From the IMG/VR virus record IMGVR_UViG_3300009082_000021, positions 4,080-68,079 of that record: 64,000 bases of DNA. One strand, given 5' to 3'. The notes below the pieces were generated by a model, which had not been told where the DNA came from, made no database searches, and worked only from the letters and a program-made list of their open reading frames with translations. Positions 35,051 through 45,380 of this stretch are shown here, in pieces. The stretch is from a virus. Position 1 is the first letter of the stretch. Each line of letters opens with the position of its first letter. A program made the translations under genes and the position numbers.

Positions 35051-35245
35051 ATGTCCGAGGAATTGTATCATTGCCAAGCCAAGGCCATCGCCGAGTCGGA
35101 GAAAGCAATCAAGGTGGTGATCGATGGCGAGGCGCACTGGATCCCCCAATCCCAGATCCACGATGACTCGGAGGTCTGGAAGAAGGGGGACGAGGGCGAG
35201 CTGGTCGTAACCCAGTGGATCGCCGAACAGAAGGGTCTGGTCTAG
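35051..35245 (+). CDS. Small beta-barrel hypothetical protein
   Basis: AESEKAI...WIPQSQI...WIAEQKGL. Confidence 0.8.
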   Translation: MSEELYHCQAKAIAESEKAIKVVIDGEAHWIPQSQIHDDSEVWKKGDEGELVVTQWIAEQKGLV

Positions 35246-35260
35246 GCCCGGAGGAATCAC

Positions 35261-35464
35261 ATGCCGGATACGACAATCAAGTGCAAGGGATGCAACACAG
35301 ACTTCATCTTCACGGAGGGCGAGGAGAGCTTCCTCCGTGAGAAGTTCGGCGATGACTTCTCCCCGCCCAAGTACTGCAAGCCGTGCCGTCAGGCACGGAA
35401 GGCCGAGAAGGCCAAGGGTGGGGAACGAGAAGACCGACAGCCCCCCCGCCAGAACCGCCGCTAG
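35261..35464 (+). CDS. Zinc-ribbon (zf-trcl-like) protein
   Basis: D.TIKCKGCNTDFIFTEGE..F...PKYCKPCR. Confidence 0.82.
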   Translation: MPDTTIKCKGCNTDFIFTEGEESFLREKFGDDFSPPKYCKPCRQARKAEKAKGGEREDRQPPRQNRR

Positions 35465-35742
35465 TCTTCGCCTACCTCATCAGGAAGAAGGTCCTCATCG
35501 GCCTTCTTCTTTAACTCCCCATCCAGTTCTCGAAGCCGTTGAGGTGAAAGCCGGCGAGAGAGGCAGGTTGATAGATCTGGGCAAGCCGGATAATCTGAGA
35601 TCCCGTAGCAGAGAATGCCGTGCTTGTGTGGGGGATTCTGGTAGAAGAGGCAGTAGGTCTTGAGTTTCTTGATCTTCCCGTCAATCTCCGCCTGGGGGAC
35701 ACGGCCACCAAATCGTATTGAGAGGATTGGGGCGTGAGTCAC
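35461..35742 (-). CDS. Hypothetical protein
   Basis: GTG start with SD GGAG. Confidence 0.45.
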   Translation of the reverse strand: MTHAPILSIRFGGRVPQAEIDGKIKKLKTYCLFYQNPPHKHGILCYGISDYPACPDLSTCLSRRLSPQRLRELDGELKKKADEDLLPDEVGED

Positions 35743-35835
35743 TTCTTTCTCCAATCCCACCAGTGTTGGATCATTCTTAGCTCCATACGATCCAACCACG
35801 GTATCGCGTAGACCGGCAAAGTCAAGTGGGAAAAC

Positions 35836-35843
35836 GGCATAAG
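35836..35843 (+). promoter_or_regulatory. Phage promoter motif GGCATAAG
   Basis: Upstream of 35890. Confidence 0.65.
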
Positions 35844-35889
35844 AACACTTGATCAAGAACCACAACTAGCCTTCAACAGGAGGTGTTCT

Positions 35890-36441
35890 TTGAGCGAGAA
35901 AAGCTACGAGTTGCGCGTACGGATAGTTCTGGAGGAGGACGCAGATGGAGACCTGCCTGACCACGAAGACCTTGGCGAGATGGTGGAAGAGGTGGTGTGG
36001 GCGAAGCTGAAAAAGCGTCTAAAAGCCATGATCGTGGAGGAAGATGCTCTCTCCAGCGATCTTTCCCATCCGCGAGCGGTCGTCAAAGCTTTGGACCGCA
36101 TCAGTGAGTACGTCACGATGATTGGGGCGCGTTTTGAGGAGGGCTCTTTCAATGACGTCACGAAGAAGGGACTTGAGAAACTCACCGTGGGCGTCTCCTA
36201 CCTTCAGGGTTGCATGGCTGTCATCATGGACGTCGCCGATCGTATGGCGGCCTCTCACCACCATCTCGAGGTCAAGCACCTCACACCAGAGACCTTGTCC
36301 GAGGCGCCAGAACCCCTGCTTCATTTCGTGGCCCATGAAATGGGATTGGAGAACTGCGCGGGCATGGACAAGCCAGCCCTCGTGGAGTGGATCAAGGCCA
36401 AGATCGAAGAGAAGAAGCAGAGCATACCCAAGCCGAACTAG
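35890..36441 (+). CDS. Hypothetical protein
   Basis: SD AGGAGG, TTG start. Confidence 0.75.
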   Translation: MSEKSYELRVRIVLEEDADGDLPDHEDLGEMVEEVVWAKLKKRLKAMIVEEDALSSDLSHPRAVVKALDRISEYVTMIGARFEEGSFNDVTKKGLEKLTVGVSYLQGCMAVIMDVADRMAASHHHLEVKHLTPETLSEAPEPLLHFVAHEMGLENCAGMDKPALVEWIKAKIEEKKQSIPKPN

Positions 36442-36449
36442 GAGGATGA

Positions 36450-36653
36450 ATGGACCCCAATGTCGCACTTGAGCGACTGCGTCGCTTGGCCGCTCAAGTG
36501 CTGAAAGACATCGACCACGAGTCGCATAGCCACATACGAACTACCCGGGACACGACAGGCGATGAGCTGGCCCAGCTTTTCGATGTCCTGGACAAATGGA
36601 TCACTGGTGGGGGCTTTCTCCCCCGTGACTGGAGAAAGGAATGCGGCCACTAG
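36450..36653 (+). CDS. Conserved phage hypothetical protein
   Basis: MDPNVAL...LDKWI..GGFLP.DW. Confidence 0.8.
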   Translation: MDPNVALERLRRLAAQVLKDIDHESHSHIRTTRDTTGDELAQLFDVLDKWITGGGFLPRDWRKECGH

Positions 36654-37189
36654 ACGAAGAGACCATCAAGAAAATCAGGAAGCTACGGAAAGAGGCTGGC
36701 GACTCCGAGAGCTTCCCACCCGTGCTCATACACAACCAAGATCGGGTCATCGTAACTGATGGCTCGATGCTCTTCGACTGGCCGGTGGAGTCCGTAGACC
36801 AGGAATGCTCGGGATACCACAAGCTTCTCAGTGTCCAGCAACATCCCCACTTTGGCCCGAGACTCGGACGTCTGAAGGACGAGTCCTGGCAGAGCTTCTT
36901 CATCAAGCCGGGCGTGAGGTTGGTACCGGCGGTAGAGGTGGACCCTACGGAGGTCGAGGTACAGAAGATGAAGAAGGAGGGCTGTCCCTTCCACATCTTC
37001 GTGCCCAAGAAGGGTAAGACTACCTGGTACTATAACTGGTCGATGATCGCCCTGGCTGAATTCCTCATCGAAGAGCCCTCCTATCAGATGGTAATCCCAG
37101 CTAACGCCACCAATGTAGATATCAAGAGAGCGATGATCGTTACCGAAGGTAATGCGACCGTGGGTATCTTCGCAAACCGGCTGAAGTAG
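36641..37189 (+). CDS. Hypothetical protein
   Basis: Operon packing. Confidence 0.75.
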   Translation: MRPLDEETIKKIRKLRKEAGDSESFPPVLIHNQDRVIVTDGSMLFDWPVESVDQECSGYHKLLSVQQHPHFGPRLGRLKDESWQSFFIKPGVRLVPAVEVDPTEVEVQKMKKEGCPFHIFVPKKGKTTWYYNWSMIALAEFLIEEPSYQMVIPANATNVDIKRAMIVTEGNATVGIFANRLK

Positions 37190-37197
37190 GAGTTCGC

Positions 37198-37488
37198 ATG
37201 GATACATGGAAAGTGGAGATCATCAAGCAAGATGACATGACTGACCAAATCGTGGACTGGGTGGAGGGGCCACCGACCCCGAATACACGCCACAAGGTAT
37301 GCCACCTATTTGAGCCCGGTTTCCGCGTCTTCCTGATCGTCAAGCATCTACCTTCAGGAGACTATCGCCGGCTGGAAGTCGAAAATCACGGAGGTCTCTG
37401 CAGGATTCAGCGGCGGTTCTACGCTCTGTCATTGGGACAGGCGGCCAAGATGCTTCAGAGGGAGCTCGAAGAGCGACATGGCGCGTAA
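37198..37488 (+). CDS. Hypothetical protein
   Basis: SD AGGAG. Confidence 0.7.
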   Translation: MDTWKVEIIKQDDMTDQIVDWVEGPPTPNTRHKVCHLFEPGFRVFLIVKHLPSGDYRRLEVENHGGLCRIQRRFYALSLGQAAKMLQRELEERHGA

Positions 37489-37705
37489 AACCCACCTGAA
37501 GCGGGAGGAGGATCGAAAAGAAACCATCGAGCGCAGCTTCACGCTCTTCCTCTCACCTGGGATGCACGAGTTCCTGGAGATCGAAAGTAAACGCCTGACA
37601 GAGAAAAAGGGGAAACGGGTGTCCCCCAGCATCATTGTCCGGGCGCTCATCACGGCGTATTATGAGAAACGCGTTGCCGGACTACTGGTAGATCCCGATG
37701 ACTGA
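37478..37705 (+). CDS. Ribbon-helix-helix-like DNA-binding protein
   Basis: FTLFLSPGMHEFL...SPSIIVRALI. Confidence 0.65.
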   Translation: MARKTHLKREEDRKETIERSFTLFLSPGMHEFLEIESKRLTEKKGKRVSPSIIVRALITAYYEKRVAGLLVDPDD

Positions 37706-38183
37706 GTGCCTGTTCTGCAAGGGTCCACACGAGCACAGCAAGTGCCCGCTGTTTGGATCGACCAAGACCTACCTTCAGCAGTTCGCCCCCAAACCACCCA
37801 GCCCACCGAGGTTGGGGTTCCCGCCCAAGGATGAACCTCGTCGTTCATCCTTACCTACCACACAATGGGAACGGTTCTTCGGGCCTGGGCAAGAAGGTCT
37901 TCTCCAAGACGTCGTAGATCATCCCGATCTCTTCACCCACGATGAGGTGAACCTCGCATGGGCCATCCTGGGCGGGGTCAAGAAGGTGAAGGCACTGGAC
38001 GAAGACGACAGGGCGCTCCTAGATCACATCGCCCAGCTCCTGGCTGAAGGCACCACTGCCCAGCCCAAGGTCAAGAACGAGCCTCCGCGCGAACGTCCAC
38101 TCGAAGCGGACGAAGGCCCACCTCGAGACGAAGACTACGAGACGTTGGTCGCCAAGGGTCAAGTCGATCCATCTGACGGATAG
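37698..38183 (+). CDS. Hypothetical protein
   Basis: CLFC..PH....CP knuckle. Confidence 0.7.
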   Translation: MTECLFCKGPHEHSKCPLFGSTKTYLQQFAPKPPSPPRLGFPPKDEPRRSSLPTTQWERFFGPGQEGLLQDVVDHPDLFTHDEVNLAWAILGGVKKVKALDEDDRALLDHIAQLLAEGTTAQPKVKNEPPRERPLEADEGPPRDEDYETLVAKGQVDPSDG

Positions 38184-38287
38184 AAACCCCCGACGCAGGG
38201 GCCGAATCCTGGTCGGGGATGGACTGTAGCTGGAGGCGTGAGGTTTCCCTCACGGTGGCTGAGACACGTGGAGGACCAGCTACAGGA

Positions 38288-38872
38288 TCAGCCTCCGTAG
38301 CCCATCGATGCTTGCCCGGGACCCCAGGGAGTGGAGCCGTAGCCGTAATCGACCGGGCTCCAGCCCATGGAGGGGGCCATCGTTTGGCTACTGGAGTGTT
38401 CGAGCTGACGTGCTGCCCAAGGAACACCCTTCATCAGACCGTAGGTGAGACCAGCGCCAGCAACCCATGGCGCCACCTTTCCGAACGTCGCGAGGCTCCT
38501 TCCCACGCCCGCCAGAGCTCCGGGCTTGGCCACGGCTTGAGTAGCCTTGGAGACAGTCTGGGTAGCCTTCTGAGCCAGTTCTGGATGAGTCTTCAGGTAG
38601 CCCCGGCCGTAGGAAACCTGTGGGCTAGCGCCCCATGAACGGCGTATCCCAGAGATGCCCTGTTGGATGGCTCCTCCGATTCGGCTGAAGATTCCAGCCG
38701 ACTTCCGGAACTCCCATTCCTCCGCGCTCAGACTTCCGGAAAGGGCAGCTCCTGCAAGCTCAGCTAGCTTTTCCACACCCAGTTCTCGTGCCTGCTCGCG
38801 ACCCATGCTGTCCGCGGCTCGAAGAGCGGCTGCCTTCGCCAGGAGGGCTTGTTGTGGCACCAGGTGCGGCAT
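38288..38872 (-). CDS. Virion-associated protein
   Basis: TGATG overlap with the tube gene; K-x-A motifs. Confidence 0.7.
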   Translation of the reverse strand: MPHLVPQQALLAKAAALRAADSMGREQARELGVEKLAELAGAALSGSLSAEEWEFRKSAGIFSRIGGAIQQGISGIRRSWGASPQVSYGRGYLKTHPELAQKATQTVSKATQAVAKPGALAGVGRSLATFGKVAPWVAGAGLTYGLMKGVPWAARQLEHSSSQTMAPSMGWSPVDYGYGSTPWGPGQASMGYGG

Positions 38873-39603
38873 CAGTCGGTCGTCCCTACTCCCAGGGCGC
38901 TGCCGGAAGCTCCGGTGATGAGTGAAAGGGCGCTGACGGCCACCGGAACGACACGCTCGAACTGGATGGCCACGCTCTCCTGGATGATCACGCCCTGAGC
39001 GTCCGTTGCCCAGGTGTGGTTCGGGACGTAGCAGCCTTCCATGTAGACCGCACCGTAGGTATCGAGGTTCGAGTCCCTCATGTACATCAGGAGCCCGATC
39101 GGCTGGTTGAACAGATCGGACGCCAGGTTGATGAAGAGATTCTCGTAGCCCGGCGGGATGATGACGTCGTGGGGGTTGGCCACGGTCGCGATGCCGGCGT
39201 TCGAGAAGATGGGGGCTACGATGGTCGGGGGGATCGCGTCCTCGTAGTAGGCGTAGATCACGCGGAGGAGCGAGGGGCCATGGTAGAGGATGCGCGCGAT
39301 GGCGAGCTGACCGATGGTCCGGCCGGAGATGAAGTAGGACCGCTCGGACCCGATCTCGAAGATCCGGTTGAAGGTCCTGTTGTGACTCAGGTTGACGTTC
39401 TGGACAACGCCAATGGGCCATACCATCTGGTCCGCGCCTGTTCCCGTCGCCAACGCACCCGCCACGGCTGTGGCTCCGCCAAGATTGGCCAGCCGCGGGG
39501 GACCAGCAGCGATGACCGTGAACCCGGCATTCAGGAACTGCCCATCAACCAGTCCGCCCTGAACGAACTTGCTGTATGGTTCCCACTCGGAAAACTTGGC
39601 CAT
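38872..39603 (-). CDS. Tail tube protein
   Basis: GVVQNVNLSHNRTFNRIFEIGS..SYFISG; downstream of the sheath. Confidence 0.75.
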   Translation of the reverse strand: MAKFSEWEPYSKFVQGGLVDGQFLNAGFTVIAAGPPRLANLGGATAVAGALATGTGADQMVWPIGVVQNVNLSHNRTFNRIFEIGSERSYFISGRTIGQLAIARILYHGPSLLRVIYAYYEDAIPPTIVAPIFSNAGIATVANPHDVIIPPGYENLFINLASDLFNQPIGLLMYMRDSNLDTYGAVYMEGCYVPNHTWATDAQGVIIQESVAIQFERVVPVAVSALSLITGASGSALGVGTTD

Positions 39604-39612
39604 GGATGCCTC

Positions 39613-40773
39613 CTATGCAACCAGCGCGGCGGCCACTGCTGACCAGTGCTGGTCTGACGCTAGTTTCTCATGTCTCAGGTCGAGAACTCCAGCGTTCTTG
39701 GCGATCTCGATCACGCGTTTGTAGTCCGTGCTGCCAGGATGAAGCCCCGCAGCCCGAAATTTCTCTGCCGGCACGTGTTTTATGGCGATTTTGCCCGTTA
39801 CCTTCGAAAAAGCACCCCCAAGACGCTCTCGCACCTTCTGTTTGGCGGTTGGGGGAAGGGAAGCGTAGATGATTGGGGCTGCCACACCAAGTGAAAGTGC
39901 TCCCAAACCCAGCTTTTTGACCAATCTGTGACTGAAGGGCTTCCGTTCTGGTTCCTTTTTCGCCTCGGCAGCTTTCTTGAGGGGTTTGAGGGGTTCAAGA
40001 AGTACCCCACCGCGGTTGACGATGTCCTGTCCGACCTCCGGAGTGCCCTTGTGGACGATCTTTCCGAGCTCGGCGATCTCTTTGTCAGAGGGAGTGTGCA
40101 GACTTTCAGGATCGAAGCGAGCGTAGGCGGACCCAATCGCCTTCGAACCGACTGGCCCTAGCCTATGGAGACCGGCTTTAGCTCCCATCGCTGTCCGCAT
40201 TTCCTCTGCTTGCTCGGGAGAGATCAGCGATCCACCGCGCATGTGCTTCTTGAGGCCAATGTGGGGCAATCCAGAACCCAACGAGAGTCCAGCGAGGGGC
40301 AGAGCGGCCGATATCGCGCCAGAACCCTGAGGATCGAGCCTGGCCTTCCGTAAAGCGGGCCAAAGTTTCGCCGCTCCAGCCGCGCCCGCAGCTTCCCCAA
40401 GTGCCCCCCCCAGGTAAGTTCCGCCCGCGTGGAGTAGGAGATTTCGTGCCGACTTGAGCTCTTCAGGAGAGTACTGCCCGGACTCCTTCATAGCCTTGAG
40501 TCCCCGCAAGCTGGCTCCAGCCTCTTCCACCAGAGTAGGAAGATGCCGAAGACCAGCCATGCCGGCAGCCATGAGAGGACGTCCAGTTAAAACTCCCGCG
40601 ATCTCCCCACCTAATCCACCCAGTGACACACCAGACTCCAACGCTTCTCGAAGACGAGGGTACTTGCGTCCCTCGTATCGTGTGGCATGCCCGAACTCAT
40701 GAGCCGTCACAGGAGCTGAAAAGAGAGGTGCCCCTCTCTTCTCGATCTCCTGACGTGGAATGAGACGTGTCAT
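39613..40773 (-). CDS. Virion zinc metallopeptidase
   Basis: AHEFGHA...LVEEAGASLRGL...L..AGGTY (neutral Zn peptidase pattern). Confidence 0.75.
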   Translation of the reverse strand: MTRLIPRQEIEKRGAPLFSAPVTAHEFGHATRYEGRKYPRLREALESGVSLGGLGGEIAGVLTGRPLMAAGMAGLRHLPTLVEEAGASLRGLKAMKESGQYSPEELKSARNLLLHAGGTYLGGALGEAAGAAGAAKLWPALRKARLDPQGSGAISAALPLAGLSLGSGLPHIGLKKHMRGGSLISPEQAEEMRTAMGAKAGLHRLGPVGSKAIGSAYARFDPESLHTPSDKEIAELGKIVHKGTPEVGQDIVNRGGVLLEPLKPLKKAAEAKKEPERKPFSHRLVKKLGLGALSLGVAAPIIYASLPPTAKQKVRERLGGAFSKVTGKIAIKHVPAEKFRAAGLHPGSTDYKRVIEIAKNAGVLDLRHEKLASDQHWSAVAAALVA

Positions 40774-40786
40774 GCGACCCTTCTGA

Positions 40787-43700
40787 TCATACGACGAGTG
40801 TCAAGCGGATGTAGTTGCAGGGGTAGGGAACGTCGAGGGTGACGTCGATGAGCACCGTGTCCGGAGCGTCCTCGTCCTGGACGATGTTGTTCAGGTCACC
40901 ACCGATGAGCACTCCCGACTCCGTGAGGAATGAGAGCTGTCCCTGGATGACCGTGCTGAGGGTATCCAGGAACGGCTGGGTGATGTTGAACTTCCCGATG
41001 AAGTTCCGTAGGCCAGCCCGCATGAACTTCGCGGTGAAGTCCACGACCTTGGTGATGGACAGCTCACGGGTCTCGATGCTCGTGAGGTCCGTAGTGAGCT
41101 GATGCCGACAGGTGAGGGCCCCACCGGTCACCTCCTGGATGACCCAATACGTCCCACCGGCTGCACCGATGTTCATCTGCTTGTTGCTGAAGACATCGTT
41201 GGAGCCGAAGGGCCGGGTGAAGCCGATGATCGGGAAGTTCGTGAAGCCCTGCTGCGGAGGCTGCTGACCACACATGCCGGCGATGGCCGCGCAGAGGTAG
41301 TACCCCTTGATCTTCTGCTCCGTGCTCTCGATGTTGGCTCCCACGTACTCTGGGGCCACCATGACCACCCGGCGATTCGCGTAGGTCTTGCCGAGATCCT
41401 GGTACGCCTGGGCGATGGCGTCGTAGTCCGGGTCACCATCGCTGTCCACCAGCGCCTCGCCCCTCACGTAGAGGGTAAAGGCTTCGCTGATGAGGGTGAG
41501 CGGAAGGTTGGTCTCGGAGTAGAAGTCGTCGTCGTTCTCGCCGGCGCTGAAGGCCACCCGGACCGTGACCTTCGTCCCGCTGATTGAGGCGACGCTGTAC
41601 CGCTTCGTGTTGGTCGCGATGTCGAGGTACAGCCCCGCGCTCGCCGTCAGGTTTCCTGGATCCAGGCCCGCGGCCACGATGTCGGCCGAGAGGCTGGCGA
41701 GCTTGGTGTCGAACTCGTTCGTGACCGGAGTGCTATCCCCGTCCGTGCCGCTGTTGACCATCGTGGGGACGGCCTCGCCCGGCATCTCGGGGTTGATGAA
41801 GACGATCCGTTCGCCCTTGGCATCGGGATCGCTCATCTCATCGACGTGTGCGATGCAGACCTGGTGGACGTTGGGGTCCTGGCTGGAGGGCGCCAGAGCG
41901 TAGACCTCCTGGGCCTCCAGGAAGGTTAGGGCGCGGGTGAAGCCATCCACCGTCCCATCCGGGTTGCTGGAGCTGGTCTCGTCCACGCCGATTCCCGACA
42001 CCGTGATTCCCGGAGCGTTGATGCTCATGAAGTACAGCATCAGGCCCAGGGGGTTGTCCGTGGTGATGGGTGCCAGTGCACTCTCGAGCTCGGTCGTGTC
42101 ATCGATGCTCAGGAGGCTGGGGGTCGTGGCCCTGGCAGTCACGTCCAGCCGGAGGGCCTTGTAGGCGATGATGATCGCGGCCGAGGCGTAGATCGGGATG
42201 CCCTCGGAGTCGCGGAGGATGTCCTGCTTCAGGTTCAGGGCCCCCGTGGAGTCGATGACCAGGTCGGGAGTCGGCCTGGAAGAAGACGACACGATGTTGA
42301 GGGCCTCGATGTAGTAGGCGTAGCCATAGAAGCTGGTCGAGACCTCCCGGTCGAGCTTCAGACGGTTGGTGTACCCACTGGGGGAAACCACCGTGATGTA
42401 GCCAACGAGCTCACCGTCCACGTAGACGCCATCACCCACGACCGGGGCGAAGGGAGCGCCCTCATCGTACTGGGCCGAGGTGAAGCCGAGCAGCGTGTTG
42501 GCCGACCCGGCGCCGATGGAGACCTTCGATTCCGCTCCCGTGATGGAGGAGAGGAGCTTGAGGTAGTTGCTGGAGTTCGAGGCGAAGCTCGCGCCGAAGG
42601 TCGCGTTGATGAAGGTCACGATCTCAGCCAGCGTCATCGTCTGGTAGATATCGACAACGCCTGTGAGACCGAGGTCTGCCCAAGCGGTACCCGTCGCTCC
42701 GCTGTAGTCCAGCCAGATCTCTCCGCCCTCGACTGCCGTTGCCCCGCCGACCTGGAACGAGATGTAGGTTCCAACCGGGTCGGCCACGCCAGAGGCGTTC
42801 GAGCGGTAGCAGACCGTGAGGCCGGCGGCCGCATTGATTTGGCTGATGGCCGAGCTGATGGAGATGGGATCGGTTCCGCTGAAGGTGCAGGTCTTGGTGG
42901 TCCCGTTCACGACGAAGACGAGGGCAGAAGTGTTGAGTGTGTTGCTGGTGTTGAAGACCGAACCCGGGATGATCGGGCCAGCGTCGAAAGTGAGCGTCTG
43001 GGGTGTGCCACCATCGAGGGAAGCGATGAAGGTCTTGTTGTGGATCTGGACGGGGCTCGAGAGGAGAGCCGAGCCGGTGAGGGTGGCTGCGTCGGCCGGG
43101 ACGTTGAAGTCCTCCTGATCCATGACGATGTAGGGGGTCTTGGCGTCCCCGTCACCGTCATCCACCGGCTCCACCGTGTATGCCTTGTCCCCGTCCGTCC
43201 AGCCCAGGCTCGTGTGAGCGGAGGTCGCGGAGGGCTGCACGACCTCGAAGTAGCCGTAGGTGGACTTCGCGTCCAGGTACGTCCCATTCACCACGAACGT
43301 GATGCCGGTCAGGGCCGAAACCAGCGTGTTCATCGCGCTGGCGAGGGCGGAGATGGTAGCGGGCTCACTGGCGAAGGTGAACTCGTGGGTGGTGTCGCCC
43401 TTCTTGTACTTGAAGGCGAACTTCTTGGTGTTGAAACTGCCATAGGTGATCGTCCCGCTGGTGTAGGTGGCACCCTTCAGCCGGCGGAGGAAGGACGCGT
43501 CGTCCAAGATCTCTGTCAAGATCGGCGTCCTGGTCGTCCCGCTGACTTCCACCCGGCCGGTGTTCACGAACACGCGGATGGAGGACTCGTCCACGTCCAG
43601 CTCGTCCTCATCGAGGTCCCGCGGGTCGGGGAAGTTCGCCTGCTCGATGTGGACGTCGTAGTTCTCGTAGGTCGAGACGCCCTCGGCCGTGAAGTTGTCG

Positions 43701-44185
43701 GGGAACCCGAGGATCGAGTTGGCATCCCCATCCAGCACCGTGAGGAGCTGACCCGAGCCTGCATTGGTTGAGCGGAGCTGGAGGTAGTAGTCGGTGCCGT
43801 CCGTCACCACGTAGGGGCTGAAGCCACTGGGGGCCGGTTCGGTGGCGTTGATCTGGTCCTTGAGGTCGGACGCGCTCAGGCCGAGCGAGGTCGGGTCACT
43901 GAACTCGAACTCCTGAGTGGCTCCGCCATTCACGCTCACCTTCAGAATCAGGCCGTCCAACCCGGCGTAGTCGCCGGCGATGCTGGCCGTCAAGACCGCG
44001 GGGACGGAGGCCAAGGCATCCGAGTTCACGGTCTTGTTGCCAGTGGAGTCGGTCTCATACGCCTCGAGCACCTGGAAGGCGGGCGCAATGGAGCAGGGGA
44101 CCAACGTCGGAGTCACGATCGTCGGGCTGACAGTTCGAAACTCCTGGATGACTGATACGCCAGGTTGAAGCAACTCGGTAGCCAT
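40787..44185 (-). CDS. Contractile tail sheath protein
   Basis: N-terminal QPGVSVIQE; C-terminal RHQLTTD...RELSITKVVDF...VPYPCNYIRLTL. Confidence 0.9.
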   Translation of the reverse strand: MATELLQPGVSVIQEFRTVSPTIVTPTLVPCSIAPAFQVLEAYETDSTGNKTVNSDALASVPAVLTASIAGDYAGLDGLILKVSVNGGATQEFEFSDPTSLGLSASDLKDQINATEPAPSGFSPYVVTDGTDYYLQLRSTNAGSGQLLTVLDGDANSILGFPDNFTAEGVSTYENYDVHIEQANFPDPRDLDEDELDVDESSIRVFVNTGRVEVSGTTRTPILTEILDDASFLRRLKGATYTSGTITYGSFNTKKFAFKYKKGDTTHEFTFASEPATISALASAMNTLVSALTGITFVVNGTYLDAKSTYGYFEVVQPSATSAHTSLGWTDGDKAYTVEPVDDGDGDAKTPYIVMDQEDFNVPADAATLTGSALLSSPVQIHNKTFIASLDGGTPQTLTFDAGPIIPGSVFNTSNTLNTSALVFVVNGTTKTCTFSGTDPISISSAISQINAAAGLTVCYRSNASGVADPVGTYISFQVGGATAVEGGEIWLDYSGATGTAWADLGLTGVVDIYQTMTLAEIVTFINATFGASFASNSSNYLKLLSSITGAESKVSIGAGSANTLLGFTSAQYDEGAPFAPVVGDGVYVDGELVGYITVVSPSGYTNRLKLDREVSTSFYGYAYYIEALNIVSSSSRPTPDLVIDSTGALNLKQDILRDSEGIPIYASAAIIIAYKALRLDVTARATTPSLLSIDDTTELESALAPITTDNPLGLMLYFMSINAPGITVSGIGVDETSSSNPDGTVDGFTRALTFLEAQEVYALAPSSQDPNVHQVCIAHVDEMSDPDAKGERIVFINPEMPGEAVPTMVNSGTDGDSTPVTNEFDTKLASLSADIVAAGLDPGNLTASAGLYLDIATNTKRYSVASISGTKVTVRVAFSAGENDDDFYSETNLPLTLISEAFTLYVRGEALVDSDGDPDYDAIAQAYQDLGKTYANRRVVMVAPEYVGANIESTEQKIKGYYLCAAIAGMCGQQPPQQGFTNFPIIGFTRPFGSNDVFSNKQMNIGAAGGTYWVIQEVTGGALTCRHQLTTDLTSIETRELSITKVVDFTAKFMRAGLRNFIGKFNITQPFLDTLSTVIQGQLSFLTESGVLIGGDLNNIVQDEDAPDTVLIDVTLDVPYPCNYIRLTLVV

Positions 44186-44200
44186 TGCGGGCCTCCTTCA

Positions 44201-45064
44201 CTAGACCTTGTGCTTTGTCACAAGCGAGACCGATCCCGATCCCGGCTGTGAGTTTTCTCTGATCACCCGTCCTCGGATGCGGGCGGGCTTGAGCTTGTTG
44301 TACTTCGCGGCCAGTTGACTCGCGTGAGTACGAGCAGCTTCTTCGCCCCACAACATCGGCCCCGCATCCTGGGCATGAGTGAGATTCGATTGCGCTTTTC
44401 CCATACGTGTTTGGAAGTTGAGCATGATCTTCTGCAACGAATGGATCGGTCTTCCGTTCCAGTCGTGCGTCAATGGAGTCACGCTATCGGTCCACTGGAG
44501 AAAGAATGGGCAAGACACGGAAACTGCGTGCCACTCACCCTCGGTGTCCCCCGTTACCAGCGCACCAGCCGGGGACACCGATCCCACTGTGATCTTCCGT
44601 CCGACCTCGTGGAAGAGGGCCTCACGGATGAAGATCTTGCGGAGATTCCAGATGGTCCTGGCAGAAAGCCAGCCGATGAAGCGGGCCTCCTGAGGCACCT
44701 TGCTCATGCAGGCTAAGGTCATCGTGCCGGGAAGAAGGTCGGTGTGGATCTCTTGTGCGTTTGAGCTCTTCACGGTCAGCAAGTCATCCAGGGACGAACC
44801 GTTGAACTGGGTGGGCCCAAGGATGACTGAGATCACCGGCTTGCGCTCGATCGTGTCCACCTTCACCGGGTTCTCTTCCGTGATCACGATTTCGGTCTCT
44901 TCGAGCTGTGGTCTCCAGTGGAAGTACCCTATCGGGGCGATCTCGTAGATGGTCTGGAGGAACGCAACGAAGCACTTCACCGCATAGTTCAGCGGATCGT
45001 TGGTCCAGTCAGCATCGAGCGGACCGGCGCTGTAGACTGAGCTACTTGGGTCGCTTGCTTTCAT
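44201..45064 (-). CDS. Tail completion/terminator-like protein
   Basis: Position just upstream of the sheath; KPVISVILG. Confidence 0.55.
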   Translation of the reverse strand: MKASDPSSSVYSAGPLDADWTNDPLNYAVKCFVAFLQTIYEIAPIGYFHWRPQLEETEIVITEENPVKVDTIERKPVISVILGPTQFNGSSLDDLLTVKSSNAQEIHTDLLPGTMTLACMSKVPQEARFIGWLSARTIWNLRKIFIREALFHEVGRKITVGSVSPAGALVTGDTEGEWHAVSVSCPFFLQWTDSVTPLTHDWNGRPIHSLQKIMLNFQTRMGKAQSNLTHAQDAGPMLWGEEAARTHASQLAAKYNKLKPARIRGRVIRENSQPGSGSVSLVTKHKV

Positions 45065-45380
45065 CGCCGTGCTCGATGTAACGATCTGTCTTGTGCCGGA
45101 GGAGCTTGTGTGCGATCACACCACCGCCTGCTAGGCCACCGGCTACTGCTGGACCGTACTTCAGAGCCCAGGGCGGTAGCTTCTTGAGCTGATCGACACC
45201 CCTCTTGCTCTGAAGGTAGTCCCCAACCAGCTTCCCTGCCCCCACTCCCAAGCCAGTCCCGAGTCCAATGGCCCCGACAGTCTTGAGATGCCGCTTAAAC
45301 TTCTCGCGGTCCACGTACTTCTGCTCTTCTTCCGCGATCTTCGACAGCTCATCGAAGAGCGCGGGATAGCTAGCGTCCAT
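45042..45380 (-). CDS. Internal head protein
   Basis: LFDELSKIAEE motif; Gly-zipper helices. Confidence 0.65.
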   Translation of the reverse strand: MDASYPALFDELSKIAEEEQKYVDREKFKRHLKTVGAIGLGTGLGVGAGKLVGDYLQSKRGVDQLKKLPPWALKYGPAVAGGLAGGGVIAHKLLRHKTDRYIEHGDESKRPK